64,000 bases of DNA from Pseudorhodoferax sp. (GCF_047601025.1 NZ_JASGJZ010000001.1:5290691-5354690), one strand, 5' to 3'; counted from the stretch's first letter, positions 1 through 9,544 are shown. Made by a program: numbers and translations. Notes: generated from the sequence alone by a model not told the origin.

Positions 1-29
1 ACAGACTCCCTGCTCCAAGAGGAAACGCG

Positions 30-1262
30 ATGAAGAGCACCGCGCAGCACCCGCCCGGCACGGACACTGCAGTGTCCAGGCAGGCAAGAACGCTGCGTGG
101 CAAGGCTGCGGTGGTCGGCATCGGGGAGACGACCTACTACCGGCACGGCCAGGCCCCCGAGCCGGAATTCAAGCTCACGCTGCGGGCCATCCTGGCGGCA
201 TGCGCCGATGCGGGCATCGACCCGCGCGAGATCGACGGCTTTTCTTCGTTCCACGACGAGCGCGCCGCGCCGCCGCGGCTGGCGGCCGCCCTCGGCATCC
301 GGGAACTGCGCTTCTCGAACCTCCAGTGGGGCGGCGGCGGTGGCGGCGGCTCCGCGGCCGTGGCCAACGCGGCGGCGGCGGTGGCCACCGGCATGGCCGA
401 CTGCGTGGTGGTGTTCCGCGGCCTGGCGCAGGGACAGTTCCTGCGCTACGGCCGCATCGGCGCCACGGAGCGCACCGTATCCGGGGACATGGCCTACCAG
501 ATGCCCTACGGCGCCATGACGCCCGGGCAGCGCTACTCCATGAAAGCCATGCGCTTCATGCACGAGCACGGCGTACGCCAGGAGGCCCTGCGCGCCATCG
601 CGCTGGCGTCCTACCACCACGCCCAGTCCAATCCGCGCGCCGTGATGTACGGCAAGCCGCTGGACGCCGCCACCTACGACGCCTCGCGCTGGATCATGGA
701 GCCGCACCACCTGTACGACTGCTGCATGGAGAACGACGGCGCCGCCGCCATCGTCCTCGTCAGTGCCGAGCGCGCGCGGCAGCAGCGCCATCCGCCCGCC
801 TACGTGCTGGGTGCCGCGGCCGGGGGGCCCTACCGCGCGGCCGCCGCGGCCGCCAACGGACCCAGCTACGGCAGCGCGCATTTCGGCAGCGTCGCGCCGC
901 ACCTGTACGCCATGGCGGGAATTGGCCCGGCGGACGTGGACGTCGTGCAGTGCTACGAGAACTTCACCGGCGGCGTGCTCATGAGCCTGGCCGAGCATGG
1001 CTTCTTCGCCCCCGAAGAGGCCAATGAATTCCTCGTGCCCGACAACCTGATCGCGGGCCGCGGCAAGCTGCCGCTGAACACCAGCGGCGGCAACCTCGCG
1101 GAGTGCTACATGCACGGCATGGAACTGCACCTGGAAGCCGTGCGCCAGATCCGCGGCCAGTCGCCCAACCAGGTGGCGGACGCCGAAGTCGCGCTGGTGG
1201 CGGCCGGCCCGATGGTCACGCCGGTCAGCACCATCGTCTACGGAGCGCAGAGCACGCTGTGA
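30..1262 (+). CDS. Thiolase-like protein (SCP-x / DUF35-partnered type)
   Basis: 410-aa ORF with a thiolase-like C-terminal region (NTSGGNLAECYMHGMELHLEAVRQIRG). Its stop overlaps the start of a DUF35-type partner gene (GTGA). Confidence 0.8.
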   Translation: MKSTAQHPPGTDTAVSRQARTLRGKAAVVGIGETTYYRHGQAPEPEFKLTLRAILAACADAGIDPREIDGFSSFHDERAAPPRLAAALGIRELRFSNLQWGGGGGGGSAAVANAAAAVATGMADCVVVFRGLAQGQFLRYGRIGATERTVSGDMAYQMPYGAMTPGQRYSMKAMRFMHEHGVRQEALRAIALASYHHAQSNPRAVMYGKPLDAATYDASRWIMEPHHLYDCCMENDGAAAIVLVSAERARQQRHPPAYVLGAAAGGPYRAAAAAANGPSYGSAHFGSVAPHLYAMAGIGPADVDVVQCYENFTGGVLMSLAEHGFFAPEEANEFLVPDNLIAGRGKLPLNTSGGNLAECYMHGMELHLEAVRQIRGQSPNQVADAEVALVAAGPMVTPVSTIVYGAQSTL

Positions 1263-1708
1263 CACACGAAGCCAGCTACCTCCCGGAAGGCCTTCCCATT
1301 CCCGTGCCCGAGCCGGACGGACTCAGCGCGCCGTTCTGGGAAGGCCTGCGCGCCGGCCAGCTGCTGGTGCAGCGCTGCGAGGCCTGCGGCACCTTCCAAT
1401 GGGGTCCGGAATGGATCTGCCATGCCTGCCACGCCTTCTCGCCCGGCTGGCAGCAAGTCGAGCCCACGGGCGTGATCTACAGCTGGACGCGCGTCTGGCA
1501 CGCGACCCACCGCGCGGTGCAGGGCCACGTGCCCTATCTCGTCGTCGTCGTGGAGCTTCCGGGCGCCGGGAACGTGCGCATGGTCGGCAACCTGCTGGGA
1601 GATCCGCGCCAGCGCGTGGACATCGGCACCAGGGTCCGGGGGCGATTCGAGCAGCACCCCGACGCCGACCCGCCCTACGCGCTGCTGCAGTGGGTGGTGG
1701 ACGCATGA
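1259..1708 (+). CDS. DUF35-type OB-fold / zinc-ribbon protein (thiolase partner)
   Basis: Zn-ribbon CEACGTFQWGPEWICHAC is followed by an OB-like region (VVVVELPGAGNVRMVGNL). GTG at 1259 is in frame with track ORF 1103..1708 and overlaps the upstream stop. Confidence 0.75.
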   Translation: MTHEASYLPEGLPIPVPEPDGLSAPFWEGLRAGQLLVQRCEACGTFQWGPEWICHACHAFSPGWQQVEPTGVIYSWTRVWHATHRAVQGHVPYLVVVVELPGAGNVRMVGNLLGDPRQRVDIGTRVRGRFEQHPDADPPYALLQWVVDA

Positions 1709-1727
1709 GCCCACCACCGGCCGCCTC

Positions 1728-2687
1728 TCACTGGGGCACGATGCCGGCCTTGTTCACGACCTGCCGGGACAGCGCGATGTCGTCCTGCTGGTACTTGCCC
1801 AGCGCCTCGCCGCACAGATGGAAAGGATCCAGGCCGCGCCGCTCCAGAGCCCCCGTGATCTCCGGTTTCCTCAAGGCCTGTTCGGCCGCCTCGCGCACCT
1901 GCTGGAGCACGGCCGGCGGCGTCTTGGCCGACGCGAACACGCCGAACCACGGCAGCAGCCGGTAGTCCGGCAGGCCTGCCTCGGCCGCGGAAGGCACGTC
2001 GGGCAGCACCTTGTTGCGCTGCTCGCCGGCGATGAGCAGCGGCCGGATCTTGCCGCTCTGGAAGAACGGCAGGCCGCCGGCCATGTCGATGTGCATCGTG
2101 TCGACCTGGCCGCCAGCCAGGTCCGTGAGCGCCGTCACGGTCGACTTGTAGGGAACGCTCAGCATCTTGATGTCGGCGGTCTGGGTGAAAAGCTCGCCGG
2201 ACAGGCGCAACGCGGCGCTGCTGTGCGCGAAGCTGAACTTGCCGGGCTGCGCCTTGGCGGCGGCGACCACCTCACCCGCCGTCTTGAAGGAACTCGACGC
2301 CGGCACGGCCAGCACGACGGGGATCCGCGCCACGCCACACACCGGCGCGAAGTCCCGCGCGGGATCGTAGGGCAGGTTCTTCTTCATCAGGGGATCGAGC
2401 ACCGACAGCGAGCTGCTGGTGAAAATCAGCGTGTGCCCGTCGGCCGGGGCGTTCAGCAAGGCGTTCGCGGCGATCAGTCCCTCCGCGCCGAGGCGGTTCT
2501 CGACCACGACGGGCTGCTTCACCTGCCCTGCCAGGGCCTGTGCGAAATCGCGCGCGTTCACGTCCGTGCCGGAGCCGGCACTGAAGGGAACGATGATGGT
2601 GATGGGCTTGTCGGGAAAGGCATGGACCGCGCCCGCCGCCGCCAGCAGCGCGCCGCCGGCCAGACAGGTGATTGCTTTCTTGAACAT
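1728..2687 (-). CDS. Bug-family (TctC-like) periplasmic substrate-binding protein
   Basis: Signal peptide MFKKAITCLAGGALLAAAGAVHA is followed by FPDKPITIIVPFSAGSGTD, the typical Bug N-terminus. Internal Met at 2687 chosen (319 aa); the track ORF extends to 2831. Confidence 0.85.
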   Translation of the reverse strand: MFKKAITCLAGGALLAAAGAVHAFPDKPITIIVPFSAGSGTDVNARDFAQALAGQVKQPVVVENRLGAEGLIAANALLNAPADGHTLIFTSSSLSVLDPLMKKNLPYDPARDFAPVCGVARIPVVLAVPASSSFKTAGEVVAAAKAQPGKFSFAHSSAALRLSGELFTQTADIKMLSVPYKSTVTALTDLAGGQVDTMHIDMAGGLPFFQSGKIRPLLIAGEQRNKVLPDVPSAAEAGLPDYRLLPWFGVFASAKTPPAVLQQVREAAEQALRKPEITGALERRGLDPFHLCGEALGKYQQDDIALSRQVVNKAGIVPQ

Positions 2688-3013
2688 TGTGTCTCCATGG
2701 AATTGAGGAACGGGTCCGGGCCAGCCTCCGTGGGCGAACCGTCGGCCAAGCGTAGGAGCGTGCAGCGCCCGATTCAACTGGGGTTTTTCGAAGCAGCGTT
2801 TCGGACACTGCGAAGAAATGCCTTCGCGCAAGCATCAGGCCCGATGCGGGACGGCAGCTTCGCCGCCGGCAACCCCGGCGCGCGCCGGACCCGCCACACC
2901 GCCAGGAATGCTCTTCGGGAATCCAGCGCCGAACTGCGCGCCACGAAGCGTGGATGCGCGACTTCGCGGGCCTTTCCCAACAGGGCGATGCGCCGCCCGC
3001 CCGTCCGATCGAT

Positions 3014-3292
3014 CTATGCAGCGAGCTTCAAGATCTGCTCGATCTCGGACGGGCCCGAGATCCGGCGCGGATTGCAGGGCACCCACGCCGTGCCCATGGC
3101 TTGCTCGGCAATGGCTGGAAACTGATCCTGCCTGATGCCGATCGCCGAAAGCGAACGTGGCATGCCGAGAAACTCGATCAACTGGCGCAGCGCCTCGCTG
3201 GCGTCCATCCCGGGTTCGCCGACGGCCGCCGAGACTTCGGCCTGCTGCACGGCATTGACGGGAGCGTTCCACCGCAGCACGGCGGACAGCAT
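3014..3292 (-). pseudogene. C-terminal remnant of an iron-containing alcohol dehydrogenase / maleylacetate reductase-like gene
   Basis: The 92-aa ORF matches only the last helical part of Fe-ADH family proteins (...LIEFLGMPRSLSAIGI...NPRRISGPSEIEQILKLAA). No N-terminal Rossmann or metal-binding part lies upstream. Confidence 0.6.
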
Positions 3293-3294
3293 GA

Positions 3295-3714
3295 CGCACG
3301 ACGCGCTTTCCCTCCAGCGGCACGATCGACCGCTGGTCGTTCACCTCGCCGGACGCCGAAGGTCGCACGGTGGTGTTCGAGCCACGGGGCAACGCCGTGT
3401 TCAACGACGGCGCGAGCAGGCCGCGCGGCGCGCAGCAGGGCACGGGACTGGTGCAGCCCATCGACCTGTGCGTGCGCCATCAGCTGGCGGATAGCTCGCT
3501 GGTGCGGGTGCTGGCGCCCCGATGCGGGCCGTTCCCGGGATTCTTCCTCTACGTACCGTCGCGGGCGCAGATGCCGGCCAGGATCCGGGCGTTGACGAGC
3601 TTCCCGATCGAGCAGCGGGAACGGCTCGCAAGGGAATCCCGCGAGGCCATCCACGCAGGGGGCCGGGGCAGGAAGGCACCTCCCGCCGAAGCCGCCGCTG
3701 CGCAGCCGCGTTGA
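3295..3714 (+). pseudogene. C-terminal remnant of a LysR-family regulator (effector domain tail only)
   Basis: The frame opens right after a stop at 3292-3294. It reads WSF..DAEGRTVVFEPRGNAVFNDG...GTGLVQPIDLCVRHQLADSSLVRVL...PGFFLYVPSR...IRALTSF, typical of the last ~125 aa of LysR proteins. There is no HTH domain. Confidence 0.55.
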
Positions 3715-3813
3715 CGGTGCATGCTGCCCAAGCGGACCGAAGAAGCACCTTCTCTAGAATCCGCGCGGGGGCCGAGCCCCCTTTTCTTCACAACGACACC
3801 TGGAAAGTGATCC

Positions 3814-4221
3814 ATGGCAACTGCAAAGAAGCCCGCCAAGCCCGCACCCGCCGCCAAGAAGGCCGCGAAGCCCGCACCTGCCGCCAAGCCGGCGGCAGCG
3901 ACCGTCAAGCCGGTCAAGGAAACGTTCACGAAGTCGGCGCTGGCGGCCCACCTCGCCGAGCAATCCGGCGTCGAGCCCAAGTCGGTGAAGGCGGTGCTGG
4001 CCGCGCTCGAAGCCGCCGTCCTCGGCTCCGTCCACAAGAAGGGCGCTGGCGCGTTCGTGCTGCCCGGCCTGCTCAAGATCGACGTGCAGAAGGTGCCGGC
4101 CAAGCCCAAGCGCAAGGGCATCAACCCGTTCACCAAGGAAGAACAGGTATTCGCCGCCAAGCCGGCGACGGTGCGCATCAAGGCCCGCGCACTGAAGAAG
4201 CTCAAGGACGCCGCGCTGTAA
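3814..4221 (+). CDS. HU-family DNA-binding protein with Lys/Ala/Pro-rich histone H1-like N-terminal tail
   Basis: N-terminus MATAKKPAKPAPAAKKAAKPAPAAKPAAATVKP is followed by an HU-like core (FTKSALAAHLAEQSGVEPKSVKAVLAALEAAV...PKRKGINPFTKEE...RIKA). Confidence 0.85.
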   Translation: MATAKKPAKPAPAAKKAAKPAPAAKPAAATVKPVKETFTKSALAAHLAEQSGVEPKSVKAVLAALEAAVLGSVHKKGAGAFVLPGLLKIDVQKVPAKPKRKGINPFTKEEQVFAAKPATVRIKARALKKLKDAAL

Positions 4222-4259
4222 GGCGCACGACCCGAGGCGCGGGGCTCCAGGCCGAAGAC

Positions 4260-5201
4260 ATGCCCGTCTCGCCCCGCGCCATGCCATGGTCCTTCGCCCG
4301 GGCCATGCGCTGGCTCGCCCTTGCCCTGGCTGTCGCATCACTCGTGGCGATCGGCTATCTGGACCTGGCGCGCATTGCTTTCTACTGGATCACCAGCGCT
4401 GACACCCAGCGAGCGCCCGCGGGTCCGGAGCTCGATCTGCACGCCTATCGCGTCGCGATCGAAGCGCGGCCGATCCGGGGATTGAGCGCCAATGCATCGG
4501 GCCTGACGTACAGCCAGAAGACTGGCAGCCTGTTCGCCGTCATCAATCGCCCGCCTGCACTGGCAGAGCTGTCGCTCGACGGGCAGCTGCTGCGCCTGGT
4601 TCCCTTGCCCACCATCAAGGACCCCGAAGGAATTGCCCACGTCGAGGACGACATGTTCGTCATTGCGGACGAGTCCGACAACCGCCTGCACTGGGTCAGC
4701 ATTCGACCGGGCGAGGGCACGGTGACGCCCGTGGACACCACCCGCCTTCCCCTGGATTTCAGCCATCTGCACAACTTCGGATTCGAAGGCGTCTCCTGGG
4801 ACGAATCGCGGGCCGAACTGCTGGTGGTGAACGAGAAGTGGCCGCGGCGCGTGCTGATGGTCAACGGCCTGGCGCAGCGAGGAGGCACCCAGATGCCCAC
4901 GCTGCAGGTGCATGACTGGAGCCCCTCCGCATGGCTCGGCACGCTGGGAAGCGACCTGGCCTCCATCACCGCGCATTCCCGCACCGGCAATCTGCTGGTC
5001 CTGAGCGAAGAATCCGCGGCCGTGACCGAGTATTCACGCCAGGGCACGCTCCTCGGCGTATTGCCGCTCTGGCCCGGCATTGGCGGGCTCAAGCAGAAGG
5101 TGCCCCAGCCCGAAGGAATTTCCATCGGGCCCGACGACTCGATCTACATCATTTCGGAACCCAACCTGTTCTATCGGTTCACGAGAACGGGCCGCCAGTA
5201 G
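4260..5201 (+). CDS. SdiA-regulated / YjiK-family domain protein, N-terminally membrane anchored
   Basis: TM anchor WLALALAVASLVAIGYL is followed by motifs typical of the family (ASGLTYSQKTGSLFAVIN, PEGIAHVEDDMFVIADE, FEGVSWD, PEGISIGPDDSIYIISEPN). ATG at 4260 is in frame with track ORF 3522..5201. Confidence 0.65.
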   Translation: MPVSPRAMPWSFARAMRWLALALAVASLVAIGYLDLARIAFYWITSADTQRAPAGPELDLHAYRVAIEARPIRGLSANASGLTYSQKTGSLFAVINRPPALAELSLDGQLLRLVPLPTIKDPEGIAHVEDDMFVIADESDNRLHWVSIRPGEGTVTPVDTTRLPLDFSHLHNFGFEGVSWDESRAELLVVNEKWPRRVLMVNGLAQRGGTQMPTLQVHDWSPSAWLGTLGSDLASITAHSRTGNLLVLSEESAAVTEYSRQGTLLGVLPLWPGIGGLKQKVPQPEGISIGPDDSIYIISEPNLFYRFTRTGRQ

Positions 5202-5287
5202 CGGTCGGCATCCTGCACGCGCCTGCCGTCCAGCCTTGTTCCCCGTGCGCCGCGCCATGCGCGTTCTGTCGTTCCGAGGTGTGCCGG

Positions 5288-6490
5288 CTAGCGCGGAATC
5301 CAGTACGCCAGAACCGCCGCCGCGGTGAACGCGATCAGCCCGGTGACGGCGATGCCCGCGCCCAGCGACAGGCTGGCCGCGAGAAAGGACAGCAGTGCCG
5401 GGCCGCTGGAAGAGCCGATGTCCGACATCAGCCGCCACACGCCGAGGAAATGCGCGCGGCCGTGGCGCGGCGAATGGTCGGCGCCGATGGTCATGATCAT
5501 CCCCGAGCCGATGCCGTTGCCGAAGCCGATGGCCAGCGCGGCAAGCAGCAGCGTGGTGACGCCGGAGGTCAGCGGCATCATCAGCATCGCCAGCCCCATG
5601 ATCAGCATCGATGGCACCGCGACCCAGCGCCGGCCCTTGTGGTCCATCACCTTCCCGGCCGGGTAGAACACCAGCATGTCCACGCCGCCGGCCAGGCCGT
5701 AGACCAGCGATGCCGTGGACGGCGCGAGGGCGAGGTGGTCGGCCCACAGCGGGATCACGGCCTGGCGCGATGCGCGCACCGCGCTGACCAGCAGCACGCC
5801 CAGGCCCAGGGTAAGGAACACGCGGCGGTGGTCGCGCAGCGTCGAGAGGATGGTGGTCGAGGCCGGTGCCGCCTGGCCGGTCGCTGGCGGCGGCGCCTCC
5901 AGATCGGGGATGCGCGCGCCGACGAGCGCCGCGCCCAGCACGGCGGCGATGCCCACCCAGTAGGCGGCCGCCAGCCCGAATGCGTGCACGGCGGCCGCCG
6001 CGAGAAAGGGGCCGCCGAACATGCCGATGCGCATCACCCCGCCCAGCGTCGAGAGGGCCCGCGCCCGGTAGGCCAGGGGCACCGCCTCGGTCATGTAGCT
6101 CTGGCGGGCCAGGTTGTAGACGGCCTGCGACATGCCCACCATGAAGCAGCCCGCGGCGAACAGCCCCAGGTGCGAGGTGCCCACGCACAGGAGCATGCCC
6201 AGGCCGCTCCACACGCCCGCGGCGACGATCGCCCAGCGCTCGCCCCAGCGCATGGTGATCAGCGACGCCGGGATGTTGCTGAGCAGCGAGCCGATGCCGA
6301 TCAGCGCCACCATCAGCGCCGCGATGGGGACCGAGGCACCGAGGTCGCGCGCCGTGAGCGGAACGATGGGCAGGATGGCGCCCTCGCCCAGCCCGAACAG
6401 CAGCGACGGGCCGAAGGCCGGAACGGCGATGCGCCACAGTGAAAACGACGCGTGGTCGGACGGAGTCGAAGGGGTGGAAGGCGTGGGCAT
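5288..6490 (-). CDS. MFS transporter (12-TMS type)
   Basis: The protein is hydrophobic throughout. Internal Met at 6490 gives 400 aa (MPTPSTPS...FSLWRIAVPAFGPSLLFGLGEGAILPIVPL). The upstream part of the track ORF is Arg/Pro-rich and non-membrane. Confidence 0.85.
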   Translation of the reverse strand: MPTPSTPSTPSDHASFSLWRIAVPAFGPSLLFGLGEGAILPIVPLTARDLGASVPIAALMVALIGIGSLLSNIPASLITMRWGERWAIVAAGVWSGLGMLLCVGTSHLGLFAAGCFMVGMSQAVYNLARQSYMTEAVPLAYRARALSTLGGVMRIGMFGGPFLAAAAVHAFGLAAAYWVGIAAVLGAALVGARIPDLEAPPPATGQAAPASTTILSTLRDHRRVFLTLGLGVLLVSAVRASRQAVIPLWADHLALAPSTASLVYGLAGGVDMLVFYPAGKVMDHKGRRWVAVPSMLIMGLAMLMMPLTSGVTTLLLAALAIGFGNGIGSGMIMTIGADHSPRHGRAHFLGVWRLMSDIGSSSGPALLSFLAASLSLGAGIAVTGLIAFTAAAVLAYWIPR

Positions 6491-6871
6491 GCGGCGCAAC
6501 GGTGGGACTTGGCCCGCCTGACCCGCGTCAGGAACGGACGGGGCGATTGTCTTGCCGATGGCCGATCCTTGCGGGCGGCGTGCGTCGCGGGCGCGGCGCC
6601 CGCCCCGCATCCCCGGATGCAGCGTCGATCCGCCCCCTGCCCGGCCTGGCCCCGGAAGCGGTGGATGCATCGATCGCGCCCACGGTGGGGTGCGCCGGAC
6701 CACAGGCGTGGCGCAGGCCACCGCCCGGGTGGGTTGCCAGGGCAAGGACTGCAACGCCCGCATGCGGCCTGGCGTGCCCCGGCCCGAAGGGCGAGGCCCC
6801 GGGCACGGCGATGGCGATGGTGATGCGGGTGGACGCTCATCGGGAGCCGCGCGTGGGCGTGCGCGATGCGT

Positions 6872-7771
6872 TCACGGCTTCTCGCTGAAGCGCAGCGCAT
6901 CGACCACCCGCGCGAACGCCGGCGAAGGCTGCCGGCGGCTCGGGTAGTAGAGGTGGTAGCCCGCGAAGGCGGGGCACCAGTCCTCCAGCAGCCGCACCAG
7001 GCGGCCCGCCTCGACATGCGCCATCACCTCGTCTTCCGGCAGCAGCGTGACGCCCAGCCCCGCCAGCGCCGCATCCACCTGGGGCTGGGCGGTGTTGAAG
7101 ATCAGCTGTCCGTCCACCCGCACGTTCAGCTTGCGCCCTTTGCGCTCGAAGTCCCACACGTAGAGCCCGCCCGACGTGGGCATGCGCTGGTTGATGCAGC
7201 TGTGCGCCGTGAGGTCATGGGGCGTCCTCGGCGCCGGATGCTGCGCCAGGTACGCCGGCGACGCCACGACCGCCATGCGCAGCGGCGGACCGATGGGAAT
7301 CGCGATCATGTCCTTGTCGATCGTGCTGCCCAGGCGCACGCCGGCATCGAAGCGGTCGGCCACGATGTCGCGCAAGCCGTAGTTCACGTCGAACTCCAGC
7401 GTGACGTCCGGGCACTCGCGCAGCACCGGCGCCAGCCTGGGCAACAGGATCGTGTGCAGCACGTTGTCGCCGCAGGTGATGCGCACGGTGCCCGAGGGCT
7501 TGTCGCGCAGTTCGGTCAGCGCATCCAGCTCGGACGCGATCTCGTCGAACCGATGGCCGATGGCATTCAACAGGCGCTCGCCCGCCGCCGTCGGCGAGAC
7601 GCTGCGCGTGGTGCGGGTCAGCAGCCGGATCTGCAGCCGCGCCTCCAGGCCGCGGATGGCCTGGCTCAATGCCGATTGCGTCACCCCCAGCTGGGCCGCG
7701 GCGCGCGTGAAGCTGCCTTCGCGCGCGATGGTGACGAAGTACAGGAGGTCGTTGAGGTTGCCTCTGGCCAT
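6872..7771 (-). CDS. LysR-family transcriptional regulator
   Basis: N-terminal wHTH LNDLLYFVTIAREGSFTRAAAQLGVTQSALSQAIRGLEARLQIRLLTRTTRSVSPT; C-terminus ...LEDWCPAFAGYHLYYPSRRQ. It is divergent from the cyclophilin-like/hydrolase pair. Confidence 0.9.
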   Translation of the reverse strand: MARGNLNDLLYFVTIAREGSFTRAAAQLGVTQSALSQAIRGLEARLQIRLLTRTTRSVSPTAAGERLLNAIGHRFDEIASELDALTELRDKPSGTVRITCGDNVLHTILLPRLAPVLRECPDVTLEFDVNYGLRDIVADRFDAGVRLGSTIDKDMIAIPIGPPLRMAVVASPAYLAQHPAPRTPHDLTAHSCINQRMPTSGGLYVWDFERKGRKLNVRVDGQLIFNTAQPQVDAALAGLGVTLLPEDEVMAHVEAGRLVRLLEDWCPAFAGYHLYYPSRRQPSPAFARVVDALRFSEKP

Positions 7772-7800
7772 GGTCCGGTCGCTCCTGGATTCCTCAAATT

Positions 7801-7850
7801 CTGATTAGCTGATCTTATAAGGCCTTTAAGCATCCATTAGCTAGTCAGGG
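7801..7850. promoter_or_regulatory. AT-rich divergent promoter region with candidate LysR (T-N11-A-like) sites
   Basis: This is the only AT-rich stretch between the divergent genes. ATTAGCT occurs twice, and there is a near-palindrome TTATAAGGCCTTTAA. Confidence 0.3.
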
Positions 7851-7859
7851 TGGCCTCCT

Positions 7860-8387
7860 GTGCGGAAGATACGAGGCATGCCGCAGTCCATTCCCCTCTC
7901 CAGGCGCCAGGCACGGCGCGGAACGCTGGCGCTGCTGGCCGGCGCGCTCCTCGGACGGGCGGCGTGCGCCCCCGCCGGTTCGGCCGCGCAGGCGCCGGCT
8001 GGCGCGGCCCCCGCGCCCTCGAAGGAACCCACCATGCAGATTCGCCTGACCGTCGGAGCGCAGGTCGCCACCGCCACGCTGTACGACAACGCCACCGCCA
8101 GGGACTTCGCGTCGCTGCTGCCGCTGTCCCTGACGATGACCGACTACGACCGCATCGAGCGCGTGTCCGACCTGCCGCGCCAGCTGTCCACCCAGGGCGC
8201 GCCCGAAGGCATGGCGCCCGTGGCCGGCGAACTGACCCACTACGCCCCCTGGGGCAACCTGGCGATCTTCATCGAGCCGCGCGCCTGGTCGCGCGGCCTG
8301 CTGCCGCTGGGCAAGGTCGACGGCGGCCTGTCCATCCTGTCCCGGCCCGGGCCCTACCGGGTGCGGATCGAACGCGCGGCGCCCTGA
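7860..8387 (+). CDS. Cyclophilin-like-fold protein with Tat-type signal peptide
   Basis: SRRQARRGTLALLAGALLG twin-Arg leader. The mature part MQIRLTVGAQVATATLYDNATARDFASLLPL...YAPWGNLAIF resembles the cyclophilin-like small-protein family. Confidence 0.6.
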   Translation: MRKIRGMPQSIPLSRRQARRGTLALLAGALLGRAACAPAGSAAQAPAGAAPAPSKEPTMQIRLTVGAQVATATLYDNATARDFASLLPLSLTMTDYDRIERVSDLPRQLSTQGAPEGMAPVAGELTHYAPWGNLAIFIEPRAWSRGLLPLGKVDGGLSILSRPGPYRVRIERAAP

Positions 8388-8428
8388 GCCGCCTCCCGCA
8401 GCGCCCCCTTCTGAAAGGAATATCCACC

Positions 8429-9544
8429 ATGACCAGGAACATCGAGACGAGCAGCGGCATCGCCGCGCCAGATGCTGCCGATGCCGGCCGCCGCACCATG
8501 CTGAAAGCGGCCGGCACCGGGATCGCCGCCCTGGGCGTCGGCGCCGCTGCCGCGGGCCGGACCGTGGCGCAGCCGCAGCCGACGCTAGATACCCAGTGGG
8601 ACAAGACCTTCCCCCGGAGCGGCAAGGTCGACCACAGGAAAGTCATCTTCAAGAACCGCTACGGCATCACGCTGGCGGGAGACCTGTACCAGCCGAGGAA
8701 CGCCGGCGGCAAGCTCGCGGCACTCGCGGTCGGCGGCCCGTTCGGTGCGGTGAAGGAGCAATCCTCCGGCCTGCACGCGCAGACCATGGCCGAACGCGGC
8801 TTCGTCACGCTGGCCTTCGACCCCTCCTACACCGGCGAGAGCAGCGGCGAGCCGCGCAACGTCGCCTCGCCCGACATCAGCGTCGAGGACTTCAGCGCCG
8901 CGGTCGATTGCCTGGGCCTGCTGCCGAACGTGGACCGCGAGCGGATCGGCATCATCGGCATCTGCGGCTGGGGTGGCATGGCGCTGAGCGCCGCGGCAGT
9001 GGACAAGCGCATCAAGGCCGTGGTTGCCAGCACCATGTACGACATGACGCGCGTCATGTCCAAGGGCTACGACGACAGCATGACCCAGGAACAGCGCACG
9101 CGGACGCTGGAGCAACTGAGCCGGCAGCGCTGGAAGGATGCGGAGAACGGCACCCCGGCCTACCAGCCACCCTATAACGCACTGAAGGGCGGCGAGGCCC
9201 AGTTCCTGGTCGAGTACGCCGACTACTACCGCACGCCGCGCGGCTACCACCCGCGCGCGGTCAACTCCGGCAACGCCTGGACGGTCACCACGCCGCTGCC
9301 GTTCATGAACCTGCCGATCCTCACCCACATCCGGGAGATCTCGCCGCGGCCGATCCTGCTGGTCCACGGCGAGAAGGCGCACTCGCGCTACTTCAGCGAA
9401 ACCGCCCATGCGGCGGCGGCCGAGCCGAAGGAACTCGTGATCGTTCCGGGCGCCGTCCACGTAGACCTGTACGACCGGCTGGACAAGATCCCGTTCGACA
9501 CGCTGGCGGCGTTCTTCCGGAAGAACCTGGCCGCGCCGGCGTAG
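8429..9544 (+). CDS. Alpha/beta hydrolase (dienelactone-hydrolase-like) with Tat-type leader
   Basis: GRRTMLKAAGTGIAALGVGAAAA leader. Nucleophile-elbow-like GICGWGG and the C-terminal LVIVPGAVHVDLYD are typical of the fold. ATG at 8429 follows GAAAGGAA. Confidence 0.8.
   Translation: MTRNIETSSGIAAPDAADAGRRTMLKAAGTGIAALGVGAAAAGRTVAQPQPTLDTQWDKTFPRSGKVDHRKVIFKNRYGITLAGDLYQPRNAGGKLAALAVGGPFGAVKEQSSGLHAQTMAERGFVTLAFDPSYTGESSGEPRNVASPDISVEDFSAAVDCLGLLPNVDRERIGIIGICGWGGMALSAAAVDKRIKAVVASTMYDMTRVMSKGYDDSMTQEQRTRTLEQLSRQRWKDAENGTPAYQPPYNALKGGEAQFLVEYADYYRTPRGYHPRAVNSGNAWTVTTPLPFMNLPILTHIREISPRPILLVHGEKAHSRYFSETAHAAAAEPKELVIVPGAVHVDLYDRLDKIPFDTLAAFFRKNLAAPA

Noticed and set aside
1818-3125. Long ORFs antisense to or overlapping clear genes. 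Examples are 1818..3125+, 4931..6442+, 5034..6437-, 9393..10898-, 10777..12156-, 11409..13352+, 15745..17235+, 17323..19449-, 18690..20651+, 22392..24038+, 27263..29029-, 28963..30777-, 36263..38179- and 41893..43302-.
   Set aside because: They are Arg/Ala/Gly/Pro-rich with no motifs, which is typical of spurious open frames in ~70% GC DNA. Each overlaps a gene with strong family signatures on the other strand or in another frame.
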